Shown: positions 1 to 12,133, counted from the first letter of the stretch. The stretch is 32,000 nucleotides of DNA from Deinococcus radiodurans R1 = ATCC 13939 = DSM 20539 (GCF_000008565.1 NC_001263.1:144694-176693); one strand, 5' to 3'. Numbers and translations: made by a program. The notes: generated by a model from the sequence alone, not told the origin.

Positions 1-532
1 GTCCGCCACCGAGCCGGGGCACTCGGCACAGCTTCGGGTAACGGTCACGCCGAGTGTCACGCCCAACAGCAACCAGGCGGCTTATCTGAACACGGCCCGG
101 TCAAGCGCGACCTCGGTGGCGGAGGTGACGTCGGCACAGGTCAGGACGGACGTGATCTACACCCGTCTGTTCAAGCAGGTGCACAACGTGGGCAGCAACC
201 CGCCGGCGGAGGTTCCGCAGCAATCCCCCGCCTGGAGCGACAAGAGCCAGGGCCTGCCCGGTGAAGCGCTGGAATACTGCATTGACTTCTATAACTACGG
301 CAGTGTGGCCCTGAACAACTACGTCGTCAAAGACGTGGTGCCGGCCAACACCACCTATGTGGTGGGAAGCGCCACCGTGAAGACGGGAACGATGGGCACG
401 ACCCCACTGCAAACCTTTGCCGGTGCTTCTGTGGGCGAAGCGAAACGGAGTGGTGACGGCGACCATCGGCGCTCTCGCTCCCCAGGCCCGGGGCAGCTTG
501 TGCTTCCGCGCCCGGATTCGGTAGTTGCCTGA
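1..532 (+). CDS. C-terminal part of a large DUF11 (conserved repeat domain) surface protein; 5' end lies outside the window; probable frame change near 430-447 (alternative end TAG 522-524 in frame 3)
   Basis: Frame 2 is open from the window edge to TGA 530-532. PGEALEYCIDFYNYGSVALNNYVVKDVVPANTTYVVGS fits the DUF11 repeat signature. The last ~27 codons read better in frame 3 (NGVVTATIGALAPQARGSLCFRARIR*, high GC3) than in frame 2 (Arg/Ser/Pro-rich, poorer GC3). Confidence 0.5.
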   Translation, partial: SATEPGHSAQLRVTVTPSVTPNSNQAAYLNTARSSATSVAEVTSAQVRTDVIYTRLFKQVHNVGSNPPAEVPQQSPAWSDKSQGLPGEALEYCIDFYNYGSVALNNYVVKDVVPANTTYVVGSATVKTGTMGTTPLQTFAGASVGEAKRSGDGDHRRSRSPGPGQLVLPRPDSVVA

Positions 533-547
533 CCCACCACTCACTTT

Positions 548-577
548 GCCCCCACTGTGACTGGTGGGGGCTTTTCT
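548..577 (+). terminator. intrinsic terminator after the DUF11 gene
   Basis: Stem CCCCCAC (549-555) / GTGGGGG (564-570), 8-nt loop, then CTTTTCT. Confidence 0.55.
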
Positions 578-596
578 CCGTCGTACCCTGTCCCCC

Positions 597-1352
597 ATGT
601 TCGACTCGCACACCCACCTCGATTATCTCGACGACCCCGCCTCGGCGCGGGGTGAACTGGGCCTGACCGGCATGGTCTGCATCGGCGCCAGCGCGGAACA
701 TGCCCGCAACGCGGTGGCCCTGGCCGAGCAGTTCGGTGACGTGTGGGCCACCGTCGGCCTGCATCCTGGCGACGTGGAAGAGGACTCGCCGGACACCCGC
801 GCCGCCATTGAGGCCCTGCTGGACCATCCCCGCGTGGTCGGCATCGGCGAGAGCGGCCTGGACGACTACTGGAACGACACACAGCGCCCCGCACAGCTCG
901 CCGCCTTCGAGTGGCAGTTGGAGCTCGCGCGGCGCAGTGGCAAACCCCTGGTTATTCATACCCGCGACAAGCCGGGGCAGGACTCGGCGCACCGGGGCGT
1001 CATCGAAACACTGAGGGACTGGCCCGATGTGCAGGTCATCCTCCACTGCTTCACCGGGCACGCGGGGCTGCTGGCGTGTGGCCTGGAACGCGGCGCTTAC
1101 TTCGGTTTCGCGGGCAACGTGACCTACAAAAATGCCGTAGAGATTCAGGCGGCGGCCCAGCAGGTGCCGCTGGACCGGCTGCTGGTCGAGACCGACGCCC
1201 CCTTCCTGGCGCCGGTGCCCAAGCGGGGCAAACCCAACCGGCCCGGCTACGTGCGCTATACGTTGGATTTCGTGGCGGGGCTGCGCGGTCTGAACCCGGC
1301 AGAGCTGGAGCGCGTCACCGACGAAAACGCCCGGCGGGTGTACGGCATCTGA
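597..1352 (+). CDS. tatD: TatD-family metal-dependent hydrolase
   Basis: N-terminus [11 protein letters not shown] (HxH metal motif), plus HCFTG and LVETDAPFL motifs typical of TatD. ATG 597 is preferred over the ORF-track start 564 because a TACCCT box (584-589) lies 7 nt upstream. Confidence 0.88.
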   Translation: MFDSHTHLDYLDDPASARGELGLTGMVCIGASAEHARNAVALAEQFGDVWATVGLHPGDVEEDSPDTRAAIEALLDHPRVVGIGESGLDDYWNDTQRPAQLAAFEWQLELARRSGKPLVIHTRDKPGQDSAHRGVIETLRDWPDVQVILHCFTGHAGLLACGLERGAYFGFAGNVTYKNAVEIQAAAQQVPLDRLLVETDAPFLAPVPKRGKPNRPGYVRYTLDFVAGLRGLNPAELERVTDENARRVYGI

Positions 1353-1361
1353 AAGGCATTT

Positions 1362-1388
1362 GCGCGGAGTTGCTATACTGCTCCGCGC
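1362..1388 (+). promoter_or_regulatory. candidate tRNA promoter; the -10 TATACT sits in the loop of a perfect 8-bp inverted repeat
   Basis: TATACT at 1374-1379, 13 nt before the tRNA 5' end. It is flanked by GCGCGGAG (1362-1369) and CTCCGCGC (1381-1388). Confidence 0.35.
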
Positions 1389-1392
1389 GAGC

Positions 1393-1469
<77 letters not shown>

Positions 1470-1475
1470 TAAAAA

Positions 1476-1504
1476 GCCCCGCCTAGCGCGGGGTTCTTCT
1501 TTTG
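1476..1504 (+). terminator. intrinsic terminator after tRNA-Arg
   Basis: Stem CCCCGC (1477-1482) / GCGGGG (1488-1493), 5-nt loop, then TTCTTCTTTTG. Confidence 0.75.
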
Positions 1505-1624
1505 CTTTGAACACTGCAAGAGCGTCAATTTTCAAACAAGAATTTAATCCTTTGCTTTGTCTCAATAGTCCGTGCAGTTTTGGAATTCAGCTAACCAAGC
1601 TGCGATAAACACGGCGTTTTTTGT

Positions 1625-1660
1625 CCCTCCCTCCTTGCGGGGGAGGTTGGGATGGGGGAG
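1625..1660. repeat. GC-rich REP-like hairpin element inside the low-GC islet
   Basis: CCCTCCCTCC-TTGC-GGGGGAGG hairpin followed by TTGGGATGGGGG. A related ...GGGGGGATGGGG element is at 25203-25244. Confidence 0.4.
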
Positions 1661-1673
1661 CGCAAATGGCGTC

Positions 1674-2213
1674 CTAGACAGCAAGATCTTGATCGCCCTC
1701 TGTAACGACCACAAAACTGCACGAACCATTGTTGTCTGTAGGAAGGATAAAATCTTCCCAGGCATAACGTTGACCATGATCTTCGAAATTATCTGTGACA
1801 TATCTATGTAGAATTTCAACCAGCAAGGTAGAAAATGAGACGAAACCTACTGGGGTTAGGCGCATGTAGCGAATCTTTTGAAAATTACCCACCGATGTTT
1901 CCAAAATCTCATCAATAGAAAACGTCGTATGGTTATGTTTTGCAATCTCAGTCTGCGCACTATCTGGCAAGCGAGAAAAGAGGTCTTTTGGGTTGTGGGT
2001 GTGCTTGGGTTGAATCCCATGCATCAACAAAATGCCCTTTAAATAAAGTTCGGATGAAAAAGAAGCGAGCACCATAGAGGTGTATGGAAGTTCCCTCACC
2101 CAGGGCCGTGAATATAAAAATAGAGGGATGGGAGCCACTGCCCTTACGTTATTTCTGTCGAAAAGGACATGCTCTCGGTGTCGCATAACCTCGGCAGCGT
2201 ATTGATAGGCCAC
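1674..2213 (-). CDS. hypothetical protein with a HEPN-like signature, in a low-GC islet; 5' end uncertain or possibly frameshifted
   Basis: The frame is open for ~200 codons (2273 down to 1674) in ~40% GC DNA, which is unlikely by chance. SELYLKGILLMHGIQPKHTHNPKDLF resembles the HEPN helix pattern (LKxxLxxxGxxxxxTH(D/N)xxxL). No in-frame ATG lies at the 5' end; candidates are GTG 2213 and ATG 2186. Confidence 0.55.
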   Translation of the reverse strand: MAYQYAAEVMRHREHVLFDRNNVRAVAPIPLFLYSRPWVRELPYTSMVLASFSSELYLKGILLMHGIQPKHTHNPKDLFSRLPDSAQTEIAKHNHTTFSIDEILETSVGNFQKIRYMRLTPVGFVSFSTLLVEILHRYVTDNFEDHGQRYAWEDFILPTDNNGSCSFVVVTEGDQDLAV

Positions 2214-2366
2214 TGCTTGATCAAATACTTGCAGTGCCTTTTCTTGATCAGACGGTTCTGCTTGATTAATATTTCATCACTCCTCTCTGAGCACAGACAT
2301 TTGGGTGGAATTCAGGCGTTATATCTGAGTAAGGGCATCTAAAATACAACGTAGCTCTGGAAATTA

Positions 2367-2397
2367 TGAAAAACCCGCCACCCTCGCAGGCAGCGGG
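2367..2397 (-). terminator. intrinsic terminator of valS
   Basis: On the minus strand, CCCGCUGCC / GGUGGCGGG stem (two G-U pairs), loop UGCGA, then UUUUUC. Confidence 0.7.
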
Positions 2398-2411
2398 CCT
2401 CCCTCAACATC

Positions 2412-5153
<2,742 letters not shown>

Positions 5154-5180
5154 TGCGTGGCTCCTTCGTCGCCGTCTCAG

Positions 5181-5245
5181 GGTCTAAAAGTCAAAGGGTC
5201 TAAGGTAAGTGGAAAGTTGAGTTGGTCTGGACGCCCCCTCACCCC
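5181..5245. repeat. partial SNR-type intergenic repeat (left module) in the Nudix-valS spacer
   Basis: 5204-5245 aligns at about 85% identity with 24934-24974 (GGTAAGTGG...TTGGTCTGGA.GCCCCCTCACCCC). It also carries the GGTCTAA/GTCAAAGG words seen at 10182-10255. Confidence 0.7.
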
Positions 5246-5700
5246 AGCTCGGGCAAAAACGCGTCCATCTCCCAGTCCACCCGTGCCGAATGCAGCGGCT
5301 CCCAGCGGAAGGAAAACAGATGCCCGTCGGCGCAGTGCTGCCAGGTGTCGGGCAGGTCGTCGGGGGCGGTGAGGTGAACGAAATGACGCAACTCGCGTTT
5401 GGCGTGCTCGGTGTTGAGCCAGACGGCACTGCCGAGGAAGCCGACGACTTGAAAGCCGTCCTGCCCGGTTTCCTCGCCTGCTTCGCGCAAGGCCGCCTGT
5501 TCGGGCGTTTCGCCGGCTTCCAGCCCACCCGCGACGACCTGCACCCCAGCGCCGCCGTCCGGCACATGGTCAAAGACGAGCAATTCAGTGCCGCGCCGCA
5601 CGATGTGGCAGACAGCTTTTTGGCGCAGACCGTGGGCCTGAGCGTAGGCCCGCGCCCTTGCCAGTTCAGTGAACCTGAGGTTGTGTTGCGCCCGTTCCAT
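5239..5700 (-). CDS. NUDIX hydrolase
   Basis: Nudix box GGLEAGETPEQAALREAGEETG. ATG 5700 with GGGAGG 7 nt upstream. The upstream extension of the ORF-track entry overlaps the T-box terminator. Confidence 0.85.
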   Translation of the reverse strand: MERAQHNLRFTELARARAYAQAHGLRQKAVCHIVRRGTELLVFDHVPDGGAGVQVVAGGLEAGETPEQAALREAGEETGQDGFQVVGFLGSAVWLNTEHAKRELRHFVHLTAPDDLPDTWQHCADGHLFSFRWEPLHSARVDWEMDAFLPELG

Positions 5701-5726
5701 CACCCAGCCTCCCAGAACCATCAACG

Positions 5727-5998
5727 AAAAACGCCTCGCCCGCCGGCTTTTGCCGTTTGCGGACGAGACGCGAACCCATTTAGTCCCGTGGTACCACCGC
5801 GCTTCCCAAGCATTAAGCCCGGGCACTCGCTTGCGCTGTATCGGGCGCACCCGGACGGGTCTACTGGGCCACTGGCGCAGCCTTTCTTCCGTTCCTGCTC
5901 GCGGGCGACTTTCTCCGGGGCGCGTCTATTCAGGCTTTCAGCCGGGGCCTGAACTCTCTCTGAGACCGCTTCGCCGGGTACTCCTCCCGGTCACTGCT
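5727..5998 (-). promoter_or_regulatory. T-box leader (tRNA-sensing riboswitch), specifier GUC = Val, with terminator/antiterminator
   Basis: On the minus strand, in canonical order: K-turn (GC-AGU-GA ... GA-GC), AGGAGUA (AGUA-I), AGAGAGAG bulge, 7-bp distal helix with a GCUGAAA-containing loop. Next the specifier loop AGAAA-GUC-G (GUC = 5909..5907), CAGUAGA (AGUA-II) and the T-box GCGCGGUGGUACCACGG (5798..5790 = GGUGGUACC). Last is a 16-bp terminator plus U5 (5770..5727). Confidence 0.8.
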
Positions 5999-6004
5999 GC
6001 CCTC

Positions 6005-6034
6005 AGTGTAGGTCGCCGGCTGACCGCTTTTCAA
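6005..6034 (-). promoter_or_regulatory. sigma-70-like promoter of the T-box leader
   Basis: TTGAAA (6034..6029), 18-nt spacer, TACACT (6010..6005) on the minus strand. Confidence 0.45.
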
Positions 6035-6058
6035 TCCTGCGTTTTTTGCCTCAGCCCC

Positions 6059-6580
6059 TTAGCCGAAGTCGAGCAGGCCGCCGCTCACAAAGGGCGCGTA
6101 CAGCCCGGCGGCGGTGCGGGGCAGCAGGCCACTTTGCTCCACCAGCGTCCGCAGCGAAGTGCCCGGACTCACGCGGCTGAGCAGCCGGTACTGGTCGCGA
6201 GTCACCGGCTGCTGGTCGGTCCAGCGGGCCGTGAAGTGCAGGGGACGGTCCCAGTCGGGGAGCACCTGAAGCAGCGGGGCCCAGGCGTCGGTTTCGCCCA
6301 GCAGCCAGTGCAGCGCGGCGTCCTGCTTGAGGCTCAGGGTGCGCTCGGGCGGGGTGGCCCCCGGCTCGAAGGTAAAGGTGCCGCCGTTAACGCTGGCGAG
6401 CAATTGCAGCGCCGCTTCGCCGCTCAGGCCGCCGCTGCGGGCGTGCAGCACTTCGCCGTGCTCGAACCACAGCTCGCCGCCCCGGGGGTGATCCACGGTG
6501 AACACCCCGCCCCGGCCACTGACCAGCAACATTTGCAGCACCGGCAGCAGAGGAAAGACGCTCAGGTCACCGCTAATCAT
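6059..6580 (-). CDS. DUF4388 (PATAN-like) domain protein
   Basis: MISGDLSVFPLLPVLQMLLVSGRGGVFTV... matches the usual DUF4388 N-terminus (G.L..f.l.dvlQ.l...k.tG.L). ATG 6580 is preferred over TTG 6646. TAGACT lies 8 nt upstream. Confidence 0.7.
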   Translation of the reverse strand: MISGDLSVFPLLPVLQMLLVSGRGGVFTVDHPRGGELWFEHGEVLHARSGGLSGEAALQLLASVNGGTFTFEPGATPPERTLSLKQDAALHWLLGETDAWAPLLQVLPDWDRPLHFTARWTDQQPVTRDQYRLLSRVSPGTSLRTLVEQSGLLPRTAAGLYAPFVSGGLLDFG

Positions 6581-6648
6581 CGCCCGCCAGTCTAGCGGCT
6601 GCCCTCCCCGCTGCGTACCGCCCGCCGGGGGCAGAGCGGAGTGCAACC

Positions 6649-7854
<1,206 letters not shown>

Positions 7855-7922
7855 GGCCGCAGTGTAGGGGAGCGGCGGCCAACCCCCCGCCGCCGGTCGA
7901 GGGGCCGTCTGGACCGCCAGCT

Positions 7923-8756
7923 TCAGATGCCGACGCCCTCGTTGAGCCGCAACTGGAAGTGGGGCGTGTAGCTCACCGCCGTCGGCGTGGCGGTGTCGCC
8001 GATGAGCTGCCGCAGCCGCGTCGCCATCGGGTGCAGCGAGGTGGGGGAGACGGTCAGGACGAAGGTGCCGGGCTCCGCGCTGCGGCCCTCGTCGCTGCGG
8101 GTGACCGACGTGGCGCGGAAGAGTTGGTCCTCGAACTTGGAGTACAGCACGAGGTCCTGCCAGTCGTCGAGCCGCTTTTCGGCGCCCGCTTCACCCTCCA
8201 GTTTCAGGATGAATTCGTCCTCGCGCTCGGGGTCGTGGACGGTGCCCGCAAAGCTCTTGCCTTGCAGCGCGAAGTCAATGTTGGTCACGAACTTGGGGTA
8301 GCCCCACAGGTCAATCCCCGCCTTGCACGCCGGGGCAGTTGTCACCGGCAGGTCCACGATGTAGTCGCCGAGTTGGCGGCGGTCGGCGGGCAGGTCAAGC
8401 GCGGCCTGCGGGTCGGCGGGCAGCGGGTAGCCCTGCGGATTGACGAGCAGCGCGATGCCCGCCTCGTTGTAGGGCGTGCCGTTCGTCAAGCGGCGGTACT
8501 CGTAGACGACGACGTTCATCAGGGCCTTGCTGTTGGGCAGCCGCACGAGGTCGAGGTCCGGCGCCTCGATAAGCGCGTTGGCAGCGTCCCAGTCCACTTC
8601 AAAGGTCGCCATCACGCAGCCCGCGTCGGTGTAGCGGGTGGGCAGCGCCATCACGCCCAGGCTGAACGCGCGGTGGTGGGTGGGCACCTGAAAAAAGGGC
8701 GTCTTGAGTTCGGTCGGGTTGGCCGAGCCGAGCAGTTGGGTGTCTTGCTTCGCCAT
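7923..8756 (-). CDS. acetoacetate decarboxylase-family (ADC-like) protein; family assignment tentative
   Basis: 277-aa ORF with high GC3 and AAGGAGG upstream of ATG 8756. The pattern LPTRYTDAGCVMATFEVD...PYNEAGIALLV resembles the ADC family. Recognition is from memory only. Confidence 0.55.
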   Translation of the reverse strand: MAKQDTQLLGSANPTELKTPFFQVPTHHRAFSLGVMALPTRYTDAGCVMATFEVDWDAANALIEAPDLDLVRLPNSKALMNVVVYEYRRLTNGTPYNEAGIALLVNPQGYPLPADPQAALDLPADRRQLGDYIVDLPVTTAPACKAGIDLWGYPKFVTNIDFALQGKSFAGTVHDPEREDEFILKLEGEAGAEKRLDDWQDLVLYSKFEDQLFRATSVTRSDEGRSAEPGTFVLTVSPTSLHPMATRLRQLIGDTATPTAVSYTPHFQLRLNEGVGI

Positions 8757-8938
8757 AAAAGCCTCCTTGACTGTGTTGACCCTAGCCCCGCCGCCCCCGG
8801 ACTTTCGTCAGCGCAGCGGCGTTGTGAAGAAAAAACGAACGCCGGAGGTGTTACTGCACCCGTTCAGCCCCCCGGCCCCTGAAGGCACCTTCCTTGCGGC
8901 GCGGGTGCCGTACCCTGAACGCGGTTCTTCAGGAACCG

Positions 8939-9083
8939 ACCTCTTTCGGGGCGGGGCGAAATTCCCCACCGGCGGTAAGTTCTCCCGAACAAGCCCGCGA
9001 AGCCCGCGCAAACCGCACCACGCGCCGGGCCCGATGCCGCGCAACTCGGCAGCCGACGGTCACAGTCCGGACGAAAGAAGGAG
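8939..9083 (+). promoter_or_regulatory. FMN riboswitch (RFN element) upstream of ribD
   Basis: CTCTTTCGGGGCGGGGCGAAATTCCCCACCGGCGGTAAG...AGCCCGCGAAGCC...GGCAGCCGACGGTCACAGTCCGGACGAAAGAAGG matches the RFN consensus blocks. The P1 3' arm runs into the AGGAGG Shine-Dalgarno. Confidence 0.92.
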
Positions 9084-9095
9084 GAGACGCTCAGC

Positions 9096-10196
9096 TTGCC
9101 CCCCAGCAGGCGGCGTCCGCGTATGAATACGGAACATCCGCCTGACGCGGAATACATGCAGTTGGCCCTGAACGAGGCCGCCAAGGGCCTGGGCCGAACC
9201 AGCCCGAATCCGCCGGTGGGCTGCGTCATCGTTCGTGACGGTGAAATCGCCAGTGAAATAGTGGGGCGCGGCTTTCACCCTAAGGCCGGAGAGCCCCACG
9301 CCGAGGTCTTCGCGCTGCGTGAGGCGGGCGAGCGGGCACGCGGGGCCACCGCCTACGTCACGCTCGAACCGTGCAGCCATGACGGGCGCACCCCACCCTG
9401 CGCCGACGCGCTGATTGCCGCTGGCGTGGCCCGTGTGGTCGTGGCGGCGGGCGACCCCAACCCGCAGGTGAACGGGCGCGGGCTGGAAAAACTGCGCGCG
9501 GCGGGCATCGAGGTCGCAACCGGCGTGCTGGAAGCCGCAGCCGTGCGACAGCAAGCCGGCTTTCGCTCGCTGGTCACGCGGGGCCGCCCCCACGTCATCT
9601 ACAAATACGCCATGACGCTCGACGGCAAGGTCGCCGCCCTGAACGAGGGCAACGGCCCGGTCAGCGGCCCCGAAGCCCGCGCCCGCGTAATGGCGTGGCG
9701 CAACGAGGTGGACGCCGTGGCGGTGGGCGCCCGCACCGCGCTGCTCGACAACCCGCAGCTCAACGTGCGCGGCCTGGACGGCGGACGCGACCCCCGCGCC
9801 GTGCTGTTTGACCCCGAGGGCCACCTGCCCGCCAGCGCCCGCGCCGTCCGTGAGGGCACCGTGCTGGTGCTGCGCGAGGGCCGGAGCACGCCGCTTGAAC
9901 GCGACCCCCGCGTGACGGTGCTGCACGCCCATTCGCTGCAAGGCGCTCTGGAGCAGCTCGCCGGGCTGGGCGTCGCCACCCTGCTGCTTGAAGGCGGCCC
10001 CACCCTCGCCAGCGCCTTTTTTGAAGCGGGATTGATAGACGAACTGCGCGTCTTTGTCGCCCCCAAACTGCTTGGCGCGGGCCTCTCGCCCTTGCTCGCG
10101 CCGGTGCGGAGTATGCACGCGGCGACGGAGTTGGCGGTGGAGCGGGTCGAAGTGGTCGGAAACGACGTTCTAGTGATTGGAGGTCTAAGCGTCTGA
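9096..10196 (+). CDS. ribD: bifunctional diaminohydroxyphosphoribosylaminopyrimidine deaminase / 5-amino-6-(5-phosphoribosylamino)uracil reductase
   Basis: Deaminase zinc motifs HAEV...PCSH..RTPPC and the C-terminal reductase domain. TTG 9096 lies 11 nt after AGGAGG. ATG 9123 (MNTEHPP...) is an alternative start. Confidence 0.93.
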   Translation: MPPSRRRPRMNTEHPPDAEYMQLALNEAAKGLGRTSPNPPVGCVIVRDGEIASEIVGRGFHPKAGEPHAEVFALREAGERARGATAYVTLEPCSHDGRTPPCADALIAAGVARVVVAAGDPNPQVNGRGLEKLRAAGIEVATGVLEAAAVRQQAGFRSLVTRGRPHVIYKYAMTLDGKVAALNEGNGPVSGPEARARVMAWRNEVDAVAVGARTALLDNPQLNVRGLDGGRDPRAVLFDPEGHLPASARAVREGTVLVLREGRSTPLERDPRVTVLHAHSLQGALEQLAGLGVATLLLEGGPTLASAFFEAGLIDELRVFVAPKLLGAGLSPLLAPVRSMHAATELAVERVEVVGNDVLVIGGLSV

Positions 10197-10255
10197 AGGT
10201 CCGAAGGTCTAAGGGAAGTCGCCCTTAGACGTTAAGACCTTTTGACCCTTAGACG
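10182..10255. repeat. nested palindromic SNR-like element spanning the ribD stop and the ribD-ribE spacer
   Basis: Outer pair GTCTAAG (10183-10189) / CTTAGAC (10248-10254). Inner pair GTCTAAGGG (10207-10215) / CCCTTAGAC (10222-10230). Also a GAAGGTC.GAAGGTC tandem. Confidence 0.6.
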
Positions 10256-10272
10256 CTCCCCAAGGGAGCCAC

Positions 10273-10913
10273 ATGTTTACCGGAATCATCGAACAGATAG
10301 GCCGCGTCACGCACGCCGCCGAACAAAACGGCAACCTCGCCGTCACCATCGCCCCCACGCAGATGTGGGCCGACCTCGTCCTGGGCGAGTCCATCGCCTG
10401 CGGCGGCACCTGCCTGACCGTGACCGGCTGGGACGAGCAGAGTTTTTGCGTAGACCTCAGCCGGGAAACCCTCGCCAAGACCGCGCCGCACTGGGAGGCA
10501 GGCCAGGAAGTCAATCTGGAGCGCGCCATGACCGCGCAGGCCCGGTTCGGCGGCCACATCGTGAGCGGGCACGTGGACGGCGTGGGCGAAGTGCTGGAAG
10601 TCCGTGAGGAACCCGGCGCCTACACCATGCGGGTACGGGCGCCGCGCTCCCTCGCTAAATATTTGACGCCCAAAGGCAGCGTCACCGTGGACGGCGTGAG
10701 CCTGACGCTGGTGGACGTGGGCGGACCCGCCGGCAGCCGCCCCGAGTGGCCGCTCGACGAATTCACCCTCTGGCTGGTGCCGCACACGCTGGAAGTCACC
10801 ACGCTGAAGCACTGGCGCGCCGGCACGCGGGTCAATCTGGAAGCCGACCAGGTGGCGAAATATGTGGAGCGGCTGCTCGCCGTAGGCGCCGCAAGTCCGG
10901 CAGAGGTCCAGCA

Positions 10914-10917
<4 letters not shown>
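10273..10917 (+). CDS. ribE: riboflavin synthase (alpha chain)
   Basis: [13 protein letters not shown]-terminus and the internal duplicated barrel. AAGGGAG lies upstream of ATG 10273. Confidence 0.93.
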
Positions 10918-12128
<1,211 letters not shown>

Positions 12129-12133
12129 CCGGT

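Noticed and set aside
1562-1819. Small ORFs 1562..1819(-) and 1572..1811(+) in the islet as possible antitoxin or partner genes.
   Set aside because: They overlap the 3' end of the HEPN-like ORF or the REP-like element, lack start signals, and have no recognisable motifs.
1583-2316. 9-bp direct repeat GGAATTCAG (1583-1591 and 2308-2316) flanking the HEPN-like ORF, as possible att/TSD remnants. I also found no copy of the tRNA 3' end at the right edge of the islet.
   Set aside because: One 9-mer coincidence is about what chance predicts within about 900 bp, and the flanks do not extend the match convincingly.
5701-5850. N-terminal extension of the Nudix ORF (GTG 5850, 203 aa).
   Set aside because: It would be translated through the T-box terminator and antiterminator. 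ATG 5700 has a proper GGGAGG site, and the extension is Arg/Trp-rich with no homology signal.
5701-6058. I first considered this structured gap as RNase P RNA, SRP RNA, 6S RNA, a cobalamin or TPP riboswitch, or simply an SNR repeat.
   Set aside because: It lacks the P4/GGUAAGAGCGCACC RNase P blocks, the GGAA-tetraloop SRP domain IV and the B12 box. The ordered K-turn / AGUA / AGAGA / specifier / T-box / terminator series fits a T-box leader much better.
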